The notes under the pieces: generated by a model
Database searches by the model: none
What the model was told of the DNA's origin: nothing
What the model saw: only the letters and a program-made list of their open reading frames with translations
Source of the DNA: Pavona decussata
Lineage: Eukaryota
Length of the DNA stretch: 64,000 bases
Assembly: GCA_977016875.1 (NCBI GenBank)
Contig: CDRNST010000392.1
Location: forward strand, 186,001 to 250,000
Direction: 5' to 3'
Part shown: one piece after another, positions 51,913-63,955 of the stretch
Layout: each line of letters opens with the position of its first letter
Numbering within the stretch: the stretch's first letter is position 1
Translations under genes and position numbers: made by a program

Positions 51913-53178
51913 TTTGTTAAACAACTCAAAAGATCGTCACTTCAATCGGACGATTTCCGCGGGTAAATCGCCACGAACGCAACTTGCATAAACCAACTTG
52001 ACCACACAGCACCTGCCTCCAAAGAAGTTCTGCATCTGACCAATCAGAGCGAACGTACCACGCAACATCCACCTGTTCCCTGACGATAAACCAATCACGT
52101 TGCTTGTTCTTTCTGCTTTTCTCTTCTGCGCTTAGGATTATTTGTCTATTTGTTGTCAAGCTTAGCAAAATAAACTTCGAGTCGAAGGATATTTCTTCCC
52201 AGGGAGTTTGATAAGTCTTAATTGTAGTAGTATAACGAACATCGTTTGAAACTGAATTGGTGAATTCTTTTAACGATAAGTAGCAATCGAACGCAAGATG
52301 CCTTAACTCCAGCACGTGACAATTCTAAATTTTTTTGTAATAAATTTGAATTCTGGATGATTTTTTCTTAACTTGCCATGTTTCGCAATTTGCTATAAAT
52401 AAAAGAACGTTTTCTCGAGTATTTCTTAATAATTCTAACCCGCCTGGAAAACGTCCTTTTAAAAGCTTCAGTTCTAAGTAATAATTAACCGTTCCCTTGG
52501 CAACAAAACAGGAATAGTTTTAAAAATGTAATAATACCAAAGGCGAAGTTGAAAAACATAATAATAAAGTTAAAGTGGCTCATGAAGTTCAAGGTCTGTA
52601 AAACTGGAGAAATAATGATTGCAGGAAGATGAAATTGCATCGAGAAGCACTTCGAATATTTGATATAATTAATGATGATAAAGTATGGCTTTTTTAATAG
52701 GGGAGAGCCTATCTTTAATCTTAAAAGCTGTTTAAAAGCTTTGTAGAACAATTAACCGTCCCCTGTAAAGCATCACCATACCAATCGAGGAAAACATGCA
52801 AATATCAGTAAGCTAAAAATGTAATAATGTAAAACGTGGCACGGAAGTTTTAAAGTTGGCGTGGACTGAAGAAATATTGGCTGCAGAAAAATGAAAATAC
52901 ATCTAAAGCACCTCGAATATTCTAGTGAAGATAAAGTGCAATTTTTAGAATAGGCGACGCTGTCCCGTGTGCGTTGCCGTGGCGACGGACGCTCTATAAA
53001 AAGAATATATCTCACTTTGGTTTATTCTGTTTGAAGACTCTGGTAAGATGCCAAGGGCGATCTACGTCAATGAAAATCAACATGCTTTTGCGCAATTTCC
53101 GTATGGTGGGCTCTAATTTAACATTTATTTGCAAACATAAGTGACTCAATAATACTAGACGTTTCTCCATTCCATTCC

Positions 53179-53550
53179 ATCCAGCCCGTGTTTGTGAGCC
53201 GAAAAGTTGAACAAGAGCTAAAAGTAAAGGAAACAAAGCCACTAATTGTAAATTAACAGTGTGTAGTTTATAGTTTTCAATGTGACCTGTGTGATGCGGG
53301 TTATGTAGGGTACACACGCGTACATTTACATAATCGTGTAGAGGGACATAAACATCAGTCCTCCTCCATTGCCAAACACTACAAGAACGTGCACGGGACA
53401 GTCCCTCAGGACCTACTGAGCCGTTTCGAGGTACTCAAGAAATGTAGAAACAAATTTGACTGTTTAGTGCACGAAGTGCTTTTTATAAGAAACTCAAAGC
53501 CAAATCTTAACGTGCAATCAGACTCTATTCGTGCGAGAGTATTTGTATAA
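53179..53550 (+). mobile_element. Penelope-like element GIY-YIG endonuclease fragment (pseudogenised)
   Basis: IQPVFVSRKVEQELKVKETKPLIVN*QCVVYSFQCDLCDAGYVGYTRVHLHNRVEGH...FEVLKKCRNKFDCLVHEVLFIRNSKPNLNVQSDSIRARVFV*; VVY...YVG motif; one internal stop. Confidence 0.88.
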
Positions 53551-55559
53551 AAAAATTTTCGCACCCCGTTATGTTAATTTTCGCGCATGATCTGTTACAT
53601 ACTTCTATTGACAATGGAGTCATGATCTCTCCGAAACATCGGCTTATGGCGTTCGTTTTTGCTGTTATATGCTCAATTATTTCCTTAGGAGAAATTTCTT
53701 TGTGCTTATAACAAATCGGACCGTCTTGCGTACTGAAGAACGGTGCCTCTGAATTCAAAGGTATTTTTGCGCCGTTTAATATAACTATGCGGGTAAAGGA
53801 GACCGTATAGAGAGGTCTGTTGGAATCGAAAGTAAAAATTAGGGAGATGATTAATGCATCAGTCAGTTGGAACCCCGCCTCCCCGACTCTAGGGACATAA
53901 CGGGGAATTTAACATTGGCCCGGTGTTTAAACACCGCTAATTTCCGACGTCCGCGGGGGCAAGTAGACTGTTAAAAGCCCCGCATAGGAGGGCATCAGTA
54001 CCGTACTTCAGAACCAAATAAAATACAAATCAGTTTGGGTTTGTTGATAAAAATCGACATTGTGACGGACGAAACTTTCAGCGTGGTATCATAAGATTCC
54101 AATCTGATCCTAGTGCACTCAAACGTCTCGTAAAATAAGCTCGATTTAATGATCTTCCTAAGTAAATTAAACTAAGTCACATACCTAGTAATGGAAATGT
54201 TTGTGACTGTTTTTATTTAAAATCACATAAAAATTGGAAGGACAAGGACTCGGCTTAATGTTCCTTCATATTAAAATCCCCGCTGTTGTCCCCGCTTCTG
54301 GTCATTGGCCCAGGTCAAACAGACATTCTGTTAATTTCCCCGCCCCTCGGGGCCAACGCGTTCGTTGTTAAGTGAGCGTTAAATCCCGGCTATGGCCGCA
54401 TTAAATCCCCGCTAAACAATTCTTAAACGCTTTCAAATACATAACAAGGTATGGCATTTTTTTTCTCTAAAAACACGTGGTTATTCCATGGATTTCCCGT
54501 ACTCGCACAAAAACAAATTTTGAATTATATGTAGTCGGGAAACGCCACGAGATGTGCAGTAGCAAAATGACGTGCCACGTTCTTTTACTGCCACCCAGGG
54601 GCCAGCCAGATTCACGAAGCTGTGTTTAGCTAAGATATATCCTAAGTACTGTTTCTTAATTTCTAGTACAGTTTTGGAAGGATTCATCTTATATTAGGGT
54701 GCTTCGCGCGTAAATGGCCCAAGGAATCTTTCAAAGCAGTGCGCGGTTCACACTCTACAAACGTCTGTAGTCATCTTCAGGGCTTACATCAGATGTTGAA
54801 AAATATCGGCTTTATGACCTGCTAAGAATTCCTGTGTTTCGGATATGTCTATATGAATATATCGAATTAGTATAAATCTACTAGTGTTCTATCACGAATG
54901 CCGTTCTCTGATTGGCTACGCTACTCGCTATCTATTCTGTGATAGATAGCGAGTAGCGGTTTTCAACAAAATGGCGACCGCTTCTTCGCGTTTTCAAAGC
55001 GTCTGCGATGAGGAAATAGATAATTTACTTGTTTAGTTTTGAACGACTAGTAGATTTATACTAAAACAATTAAATTATTCGCTCTCGATTTCTGTGCGTG
55101 ATACTAGATTCGGGCTTTACCCTCATCAACTATCACGTGATAGAAATCTTGAACTCATAATCTAATTGTTAAATAAAATTTTCCTGGAAGATGTTGCACC
55201 AGTGTGAAAAAAAGGCAAACAAATCAGCTTCGGTGGTAACCCTAGCATAAGGTTTAGAATATAAACGACACCAAGTGAAAACTAGCAATAGAAAAGATTC
55301 AATATTAACCCTTTGAACACCTAATACCAAAGAACCTATCTTGTCCCCATACTTTTCGCATAAAAGTTCTGGGGAGAAGTTATTAAAATATCAAGAAAAT
55401 TCAACTTAGGAGATCATATCCTTAATTCTCATGACCATTTGGGTTGACTAAGCATTGATATTACAAGGAGAAATTTGATGCCGATCACTGTTAGGGCTTA
55501 AAGGTTTAAACATCTACAGGACTGTTTATTCCCAGTCATTTTAGTCTTGCATAAAACAC

Positions 55560-55608
55560 TTTTTTGGCTGGTTCCGCGAGCGGGCAAGATGAGTCAAATC
55601 CTGCGCTG

Positions 55609-55639
<31 letters not shown>

Positions 55640-56570
55640 TATCTTGCCCGCTCGGGATTGCCCGTTGCCCGTCCGCTTAGCTTGGCACCGAAAGTTTTAT
55701 CCCGAGCAACAATGCAAGCTTTTCTTCGATTTTCTTGTTGTTGTGGGTGAAAGCGCTCACTAAAAAGTTCGGTAAACTCTCAACATTTACCTAAAGGAAA
55801 GGAAAGAGAATGGAATCGTCCTGGTGTGGTGAAAATTTTGTTTCAGCTGAAATGAATGTGAGTTGAATCGGTGAGTTGCTCCTGTGTAGCATTTATAGAG
55901 TTGATTTTGTGAAACTTATTGTCTCAAGTCGAGTACTAAATTGATTAGTTCTCTCGGTTTGCAATGACTGTATTTAAATCATAGCGTAGTGAAAGTTGCG
56001 TTAAGTGTTTAGAGCAGTTCAGAGAAGTGTTTTTTCTCAAGTTCGCCGAAGAAGCTCACGTTTTTAATTTAGCCGCGTCTTGCTTGTTGTAAACAACAAA
56101 ATCTTATCAAAGTTTCGCCCAGTTTTCTGACTTACCCGCTCTTTTTTTCGGCTTATTGTTTGCATCTTTTTTCAAAATGTATTGTTTCATTCAATAATTA
56201 ATGATTGGAAGCCGAAAACTGTGTAAAAATGTCTATTATTTACCCCACCGCGCGATCGGCTGAAAATGGCGAGTTTGCCGGATTCTATTCAAATCTTCCC
56301 GCTCTTGCAAAAATCTAAATTTTTCGTTCTCAATAATTATTTACTCCCTTTAAGCCATTATAAAGTTAGATCCTTAAGATAATTCAGGATTCCTTGTTTT
56401 CCACGATTACATGCTAATCCAAAAATGCACTGAAAATAATAAACTCTTGCACCGGCCGGCTATGAAGAATTTCTTTCCGAGCAGAGCAGTTTCATGTCCT
56501 GTTTTGTTTTTCTTTTTTAGTTTTAACTTGAAAGTAAAGCCATATAATAAATCCTTTATTGACCAAGCTT

Positions 56571-56605
<35 letters not shown>

Positions 56606-56613
56606 TTTTTTGG

Positions 56614-56659
<46 letters not shown>

Positions 56660-56710
56660 AAGAACTTGGCCAATATCCAGCCATCTTGACCGAACAAGCT
56701 TGGTCAATAA
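55560..56710. mobile_element. Non-autonomous repeat with internal gagcgggcaagat hairpins and terminal ~150-bp palindrome
   Basis: gagcgggcaagatgg...atcttgcccgctc; palindrome ttattgaccaagcttgttcggtcaagatggctggatattggcc ... ggccaatatccagccatcttgaccgaacaagcttggtcaataa (56557-56710). Confidence 0.65.
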
Positions 56711-57439
56711 CGCATATGTACTTGATGCAACTTTAGACTTTCTCAAAGTCCGTTCTCGTAACTTTGTCGCTCGTCGATCACTCTTTCGGCGCATAAGAAA
56801 ATGAATTGAGACAAGTCTAGAGTAAATTTCTGTGACTAAAAACAGCTTAGGCGAGGTCTGCTGTCAACCTCATTATAAAAGCGAGGCTAAGTGCAAAGCT
56901 TTTCATATGGAAATTAGTTTTGTTTGCACCTGAATGAAAAAAATTTTCATAAGAAAAATTTTGCACTTAGCCTCGCTTTCATAGTGAGGCTTAAAGCAAC
57001 TCCGAAAGGGCCTATTCCAATTCGATCTGGATAGTAATTGTATACTCTTTGCTAAATACCATTGACTCTTAAATAAAGTGATATGTTTGTCTGCTTGTTT
57101 ATTTATTTATATATTTATTCAGTTATTCATTAGAACACGAGATGTTGCAAACGGCTCGTGTCGTTGAAAGCGTTTCAATGTGGCGTTGCGACATAAGTCA
57201 AACGAAACTTTTTGAACTAAGCGAAACTTGAATTTGTGGCGTTCCCTCCCTTCTACTTTTTAATACGATTTTCCACAACCTAATTCTACATTTTTCTCCT
57301 ACATCCCTAATTCTAAATTTTACAATATTTATTTTCTAGAGCCGGCTGTTAAGGGTAACAACTAAGTGATAAAAATTCATGATTCACCTCAGTAAACGTG
57401 GCATACACTGAAAGTTGGTATCGCTGAGCCATAATTATT

Positions 57440-57667
57440 TTTCAGAGAATTGAAGAACACTGTCGCAGTTCTTCATCTATTTGCAGACATCTTCAACAAG
57501 ATCATGATACCAGCCCTAGATCTCTTGACTTAGCCAAGAATTTCGCAGTTCTGAGGAAATGCCAAGGAAAGATGGACTGTCTGGTATACGAGATGCTCCT
57601 GATTAAGAAGTACAGACCAAGTCTTAACATCCAATCAGACTCAATACAAGCCAAATTATTCACTTGA
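57440..57667 (+). mobile_element. Second Penelope-like GIY-YIG C-terminal fragment
   Basis: FQRIEEHCRSSSSICRHLQQDH...NFAVLRKCQGKMDCLVYEMLLIKKYRPSLNIQSDSIQAKLFT*, homologous to the 53179-53550 fragment. Confidence 0.85.
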
Positions 57668-57774
57668 CTTTGGTTTTCCTTTGTGTGAGGTCACTTGATG
57701 ATTCACTGGCTTAGAACAATAGACTATTGTTTTCAGTTTAGTTTTGTCTACTTACTTATGTAAATTTTCTTCAT

Positions 57775-57815
57775 TTTCTTGATAATGATGACAGGATGTC
57801 ATCGAAACGTCGAAA
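57775..57815 (+). ncRNA. Minimal hammerhead motif, U3-A8 core variant
   Basis: UUUC-UUGAUAA-U-GAUGACA-gga-UGUCAUC-GAAA-CG-UC-GAAA: 4-bp stem I, 7-bp stem II, GUC site; ~110 nt after the PLE ORF stop. Confidence 0.65.
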
Positions 57816-58348
57816 TCTCTCCGCGTTAGTTTTTCTGCTAAATCGTGTCTCGCTTCCAATTTGCAGCAGCGGTTGCAAGTAGTATTCGGTCAAATGAAGA
57901 TGACAATGACGTTGATAATAATGACAATGAAACGATGATGACGACAATTCTTGCTGTATTAATGAACAGGTTATAACAAGTTTGTTCCAAGAGGACCTAC
58001 CTTGTCTGGGGTAGGGGGTTATCGAAGGCACCACCTATCTCATGAACATTACCGACAACATTTTATTGGCTTTAAAATTTGAGTTGACGCAGAAATATTC
58101 AGCTAGCAAGAGTCAGCATTGCTAGAGAAATAAGAAAAGTGAAGTTTGAATATGATTGTCATCTTTTAATGCTGGATAGAGGGGTGGCTATGCAATAAAA
58201 CCACCATGTTTTGAGGTTGAGGAAGGGAGGGTACAGGCAGAGACCACCAACATATTTTATGGTTTGGTAGGTTCTCTTCGACTACTTCCGTTAAAGTCCT
58301 TGGTTGTAAAACAGACCTAAACGGCAGTTCTCATTTTGCTTTGGACGT

Positions 58349-61300
58349 TCAAGGCTCACTAAATCCATCACAATCCACGATAACCTTGATGAACATCGTG
58401 TTGTCTTTGACATATTGTCCTTTGTTAATGTCCTCGTGCGACGCGAACTTTCCCGCGCCAAAGCTCGGGTTTTTGCTGCTCCTTGGTCGGCCAAGAAACG
58501 GTTCGTTCTCGGGACACACGTTCGGTTTCACAGAAAACGAGATGTGCTTTCTTTTTTGATGGTCGCAGTTCTGATCCAAAAGATAGAACGTTGTACGGTA
58601 ATTGTACGGCCACTTTAAGAGAGAGTCGTAAATTCCTAGGATAGATGGAGGAGAGCTATTCGTGAGACAATCTTTCTGTGACTTGGGTAACCGCTCTATC
58701 CCCCCTTTCCCAAAAAGACTGGAGGAAGACATTCTTATAAAAGACGAGTCCTATTAAATATGAAAGGTATAATATCAACATTCAATTTGCCGAAGTGCAC
58801 GGACCAACAATTTGTTTTCTTGCCCATTTTGTTACATTGAGCTCGTCAGGTTTTAAGCTGTTATCCTTTCCCTTTCTAACTACTTTCCAACTCTCAAATT
58901 TTCTAAATTGACTTTACTCTCAACCTCCTTGCAGCTTAACAATTTACTTCTAACTCTTGACTATGTAGATAAAATCTTTTTTTCTTTTACAATACATATA
59001 AAATTGGGATGGGCTTACATTCGGAATTTACAAAATTCTAAATATGTATAAAATGTAGTTAGTATTTGTGTGTGAGATTTTAACAACGCTTTCTTATGGT
59101 GTTGTTTGTCTCCAATTTTTATTGATCTTCTTTTGCTCTTGTAACTTACTCTCTGCTCGTAGGAGGCTACAAAAGTGAAGAACTTACCTTGAACCACGCT
59201 GATAAACACAGACAAATGAGTGCCCTTGCCTTTACCATCTCCGTTCAAACAGGCCGAAGCCATGAGCCGGTACCCGTTCCTACTCGTGTAGAATTCTGGG
59301 CTGAAGATCGTCTCCGCCTCCCCGCTCTTCGCATTTTTAAGCTTTCTTTGATAGTCGTCGATTCTCCAGATCAGCTGACTATTTGTGATCTTTTCCAGGT
59401 CTGCAATGCGCTTCTCCTGCATTGCGTTTGCCTCTGTTTGCTCTCTAAGCTGGAGCTTAGTCTCTTCCAGCTCTTTCTTCGTTGCCATGACGACATCGTA
59501 GAGCATTCTCACGTGACCTATAAGTTCGGTTTTGCGGTGCTTGGGAAGTTTGTCTCGACTACACTGTAAACAAAAGAATAATTAAAATTAGAAAGGCGCA
59601 TGCTTGGTGTTTATAAAGTCCACAAGTTTATTACATGTAGTACTGAATAAAGTTTGATTGATTTGGTTGATGCCAGAACGACCTGTAGAGGCATTAGTGA
59701 GTAACAAATGATCAAAATATTCTCTGATTTTTAAACGTTGATCCAAACTAAAATAAATTCATTTGATGGATTAATTTTAAAGAGCTTTGCCAAGTTGCAG
59801 ACGACCAGCTCATTAGTTAGCTTGCTAGTTCATCCTGTGAGTGCGTAGCATCGGTAGTCGAATCGCGTTCAAGCCTGATTTCTCCAAAACTACTGAAGCT
59901 GTTTAAGTCATGCTTTTACTTGTAGTCTTTTGGTCTCTAAGATGTATTGTGTTGTTTCCTAAAGGCCCATTTAAATGGTTTCAACAATTCTTTAAAATGT
60001 TATAACACTTTGTTGAACCAAATGTCGTGGGCGTTTAAATAGGTCGTTCAACATTGCTGAAGGTGAAAAAAATGTTGAAAGCTTGTTGAAAGTGTGTTGA
60101 ATCACATTTAAATTGGTTTAAACTTTCATTCAACATCGATTCAACATTTCCCTTGCTCTCGAAAATGTTGAATGGAGTTGAAACCGTTTGAACACTCCGT
60201 TCAACATTTGTCCAATATTTGCCCAACGTCCGTTCAACTTTTGTTGAACGAATGTTACTCAAATGTTGAAACCGTTTAAACGAGCCTTAAGACAAAAAAC
60301 TTTTGTCTCTTCCTCGACAGCTAGATAAAGGGGTGCCTGCAAACTCATATTTTTGGCTGATTAGGTCTCTTGTAGATCCTACGTCAACTAGCAGCATTAT
60401 CGTTCGCGGTCCTTTGCAGTTTTCACGTCTACTTTATTTTTTGGGGCCGTAGGTCTTAACAGATCCGATATGCTGTGACTTTTAAGCATGGTTTTGTCCA
60501 TGCGTTTCAATGTTAAGATGGTTTTATCCATCTACATTCAGTTGACTTTGCGAGACAGGAATTCGATGCTTTGCCTGCTTTCTCCCTGAGGCACGTGATG
60601 TGGCAGCGCGTGATTCGGGGAGCGGGCAGGTTCAAAGTACGAAACTTGATAGGGCATGGGTTTTGTTGCATTTTATTTGAGCTGGCTCTGTTGCTGGTTT
60701 CATATAGAACTGCTACACCGTGCTGACGAGTTCCAATAAGAACGAAACAGCTGTCCACGGTTGCAGCCCTGTTTTGTCGGTTTCTGTTGCGTTGTTGTCT
60801 CGCAAAGTCAACTCTTTCACGTAGTATCAGCCTTGCAGTTTGTGTTACAGTTTATTTTTGGCTGATTAGGTCTCTTGTAGATCCTACGTCAACTAGCAGC
60901 ATTATCGTTCGCGGTCCTTTGCAGTTTTCACGTCAAACTCCTAGAAAATGCTAGAGGTGACACTTTGATGGTTTAGCATCCCCTAAAGGGGGCAGTAGCA
61001 AGTGTAGCAGTTGCTTTTTTCCGTGCAACACGGTGTTTAGAGCGGGTCAAACACAGTTAAGTGTGTAACTAACAAAGTAACTGAAGGGTACTGAATCTAT
61101 TCTGAGAATATAAATGGTTACCCTATGTGCGCAGCCTATCTCTTCGTATTCACAGCTCATCTTTGTCTTAGGACATTCCTCGTTGACATGGTGTTCNNNN
61201 NNNNNNNNNNNNNNNNNNNNNNNNNNNNNNNNNNNNNNNNNNNNNNNNNNNNNNNNNNNNNNNNNNNNNNNNNNNNNNNNNNNNNNNNNNNNNNNNNNNN

Positions 61301-61546
61301 NNNNNNNNNNNNNNNNNNNNNNNNNNNNNNNNNNNNNNNNNNNNNNNNNNNNNNNNNNNNNNNNNNNNNNNNCGAAAGGTTTTCTTCATGATGTTCACTG
61401 TATAGTGAAAAAGTTTGCCTCTGGAGTAGCATCATAACAATTACCATCACCAACATCATCGTCATAATTCTAAACGTCATCATCATTGTCAACGTCGCCT
61501 TTGTCATCTTGCGTCATCGTCATTGACAAGATGTCATCATCATCAC

Positions 61547-61597
<51 letters not shown>

Positions 61598-61666
61598 TAT
61601 CATCATTGTCATTATCGTCGCCATGTATTTGTAATCGTTCTTGTTATCATCGTTAAGACCTTTACC

Positions 61667-61728
<62 letters not shown>

Positions 61729-63955
61729 CAACAACAACAACAACAACAATTAAGCAGCACTGTGACTGCTGTGGCTGCAGCTGTTATTAATCACTTCTCA
61801 CCTGGTCCCTGTTGATAACAAGTTTCTTTTCACATTTGTTGGGGCAGGGCATCGGCAGCTTTGGACATTCATCGAGATGACTCTGAAATAGAGATGCAAG
61901 ATAAAAATCGAAAATGGTATTGGCTTCTTTTTATCGGGTGATACATTTGTCACTCGCAACACACTACAGCGGATTGTAGTTGTTTATGGCAACAACGATT
62001 ATCCAACTGCCTTGTGAACTTCCAGTCAGTAATGAAAAAAAAATTTGCAAAGCTCAAGCACATCCACAGGGTTAGACTAATGGAAAATTGTTTGTGCCGA
62101 TGATAATTTGAAAATCTTCAAGTAATTATTCGGGTGTTCGCTCGGTATCATTAGCGTGCAAAAACTGTACTAAGATTGGATCACTTTTCCCAAACAAATC
62201 TGTTAAATTTGATGACCTATGATCTTCTCATCCTTCACGTTTCTAGGATACAGTATTATTTTTCATGCTGTAGCAATAATTTCTTTGCAAATTAAACAAA
62301 GAGGCTAATTTAAGGGGGCGCCGACGATCACTCTCACCATGATACATTCTCTTAAATTTGTACGATTCGCGACAACCAAAACGCCCTAGCAATCAATAAT
62401 GGAATCTTCATATGCTTGCTTTGTATGAATTATTGGATTTCTCGTCGAACCGATCCGGAAAAAGTTATGTGGAGGTAATTTTCAAATGGGAGCTTTACAA
62501 CGGCTTCATCCTTCATGTAAATCAACCTGATTAATGACCAACCTTTCTATTCTCCCTCAGGTGTCTGTCATCGCAGTATGGGCAGACAATGATCTTCTTC
62601 GGACAGTCTTTGTCGACATGCCTCTCGAAAAATCGTTTCTGAAATTTGGCCCCACAGTCGTAAGAACACAGCATGTCCACAAACTCACATTCGTTAGCGT
62701 GTTCCTAAAGAAAGGAAGACATGAAGATTTTATTTAAAGTTGTCAGTTCCAACGACTGTGGTATTTCCTCAGATAAAAACGCAAGGCGGACAATGAAATC
62801 TGCTTGTGTTTTCTTGACAATGTATATCGTTCTTTTATTTGGACTGTGAAAAATGCCGCAATGCATTGCATTTGCATCTTTGTGATCCAAAATTTCATCA
62901 TCAAAGAACACTATTTTCACTTGATCGATCTCTCTTTGGGCTGAAAGCGAACGTGAAACGTTTGGTTGAATTTTCCTTGCAACAGAAAGGGCGCAACTGA
63001 GCATGCGTCATACGTTTGACAGCTGTGAAGTTTCCTTTATGTATTACTGGAACAGAATCATGGAAGCAGGTGAAGGTATGTTCTCGCTTCAAATGAAGTG
63101 CCTTCAGGTGAGAAAGTCAGTCTTGGGCTTGTTTGGTGGCGTACAAATTTTATGATACATTGTCAACATGTTTCATGGAGTGCATCTTTAATCAAGATAA
63201 TTGCCAAATAGCAAGCTAATACAGCCATTGGGCGATCAATGTTGTTGTCCAGATGAATTCATCCGGTCGGCGGGTCGGTCCATGAAGGCCTGCCTAAAGG
63301 GAGGGGACAGGGGGAGGGAGAGGTGCAGGGAGGGGGGGAGGGGAGGGGGAGGAGACCTTTTCCCCTTCCTCTCTTCCTCGCCCAGAAAAGCCTAGCACTT
63401 AGGTTAGTAGGGAACTTAAGCAACAACGACGGCGACGGCAACGACAACGCCGCAAAACAATAGGTTTGATGAGGAAAAACAATCGCTCTGCAAGTGCGTT
63501 TTAAATGTTGGTAAATTTCTTTGCCGTCCTCCGAAAACAAGAACGTGAAATGACTAAATTCAAGGTTTTGTGGAAAACGTGAGTCAACAACCGACGGTGA
63601 ATTTTTCATTCTCTTTCTTAACTTGAACGCCACTCCTACCAATTTGGTTCCTGGGTTATACGCTGTTTCTGTAAAAGTTGAACGAGTTGATATAACCTCC
63701 AAGTAGCACAAATAAAATAAAGTTATATTTTCAATTGAAGTTTTCGTTGACGTTGCCGTAGTCGCCGCTTCAGATCCCTAGTTAATAACATCAGTACGAC
63801 GGTTCGGTATACCACTGGTAAAAGTTAATACTTATAGGGATAAAACTCACAAGCGCCTTCTGAAATTCTCCTTCCCACATGCAACCCCACTCATGATTGT
63901 TGCACTTCACATCAAGCTCTAGAATCTCCCGATTAAACGCTTTGTCCACATACGC
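58349..63955 (-). CDS. TNF receptor-associated factor (TRAF-C), paralog of TRAF-B, 5'-partial (RING exons beyond window)
   Basis: Exons (minus): 63955-63851, 62704-62543, 61882-61802, ~61199-61122 (first codon and acceptor inside N gap), 59563-59188, 58635-58349. The last two exons have the same lengths as in TRAF-B (376 and 287 nt). Shared motifs: CGAKFQKRF, CPYCDDRHLRE, CLNGDGKGKGTHLSVF, CPENEPFLGRP, VDCDGFSEP*. Confidence 0.92.
59964..60286. mobile_element. MITE (PIF/Harbinger-like termini)
   Basis: Imperfect TIR ggcccatttaaatggtttcaaca / tgttgaaaccgtttaaacgagcc; many internal ttcaaca/tgttgaa motifs. Confidence 0.65.
60347..60934 (+). mobile_element. Retrozyme-like non-coding element: 505-nt unit plus 82-bp terminal direct repeat, 6-bp TSD
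   Basis: Identical 82-bp repeats 60348-60429 and 60853-60934; aaactc at 60341-60346 and 60935-60940; internal hammerhead. Confidence 0.7.
60717..60761 (+). ncRNA. Canonical type I hammerhead ribozyme
   Basis: ACCGUG-CUGACGA-GUUC-caauaa-GAAC-GAAA-CAGCUG-UC-CACGGU: all core nucleotides intact, 6-bp stem I, 4-bp stem II, palindromic stem III, predicted GUC cleavage after 60755. Confidence 0.88.
61197..61372. other. Assembly gap covering a TRAF-C splice acceptor
   Basis: Run of N abutting the exon that ends at 61122. Confidence 0.98.
61535..61750. repeat. Compound microsatellite (CAT)n, (AAT)n, (AAC)n
   Basis: Direct inspection; explains the poly-H/poly-N ORF. Confidence 0.95.
63408..63780. 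mobile_element. ~370-bp MITE
   Basis: Imperfect TIR tagggaacttaagcaacaacgacggcgacggcaac / gttgccgtagtcgccgcttcagatcccta. Confidence 0.7.

Noticed and set aside
54745-54785. Minus-strand CUGAAGA-U-GACUAC... motif
   Set aside because: The GAAA box and closing stems are missing.
61523-61753. Poly-His/poly-Asn ORF
   Set aside because: Translation of intronic CAT/AAT/AAC microsatellites.
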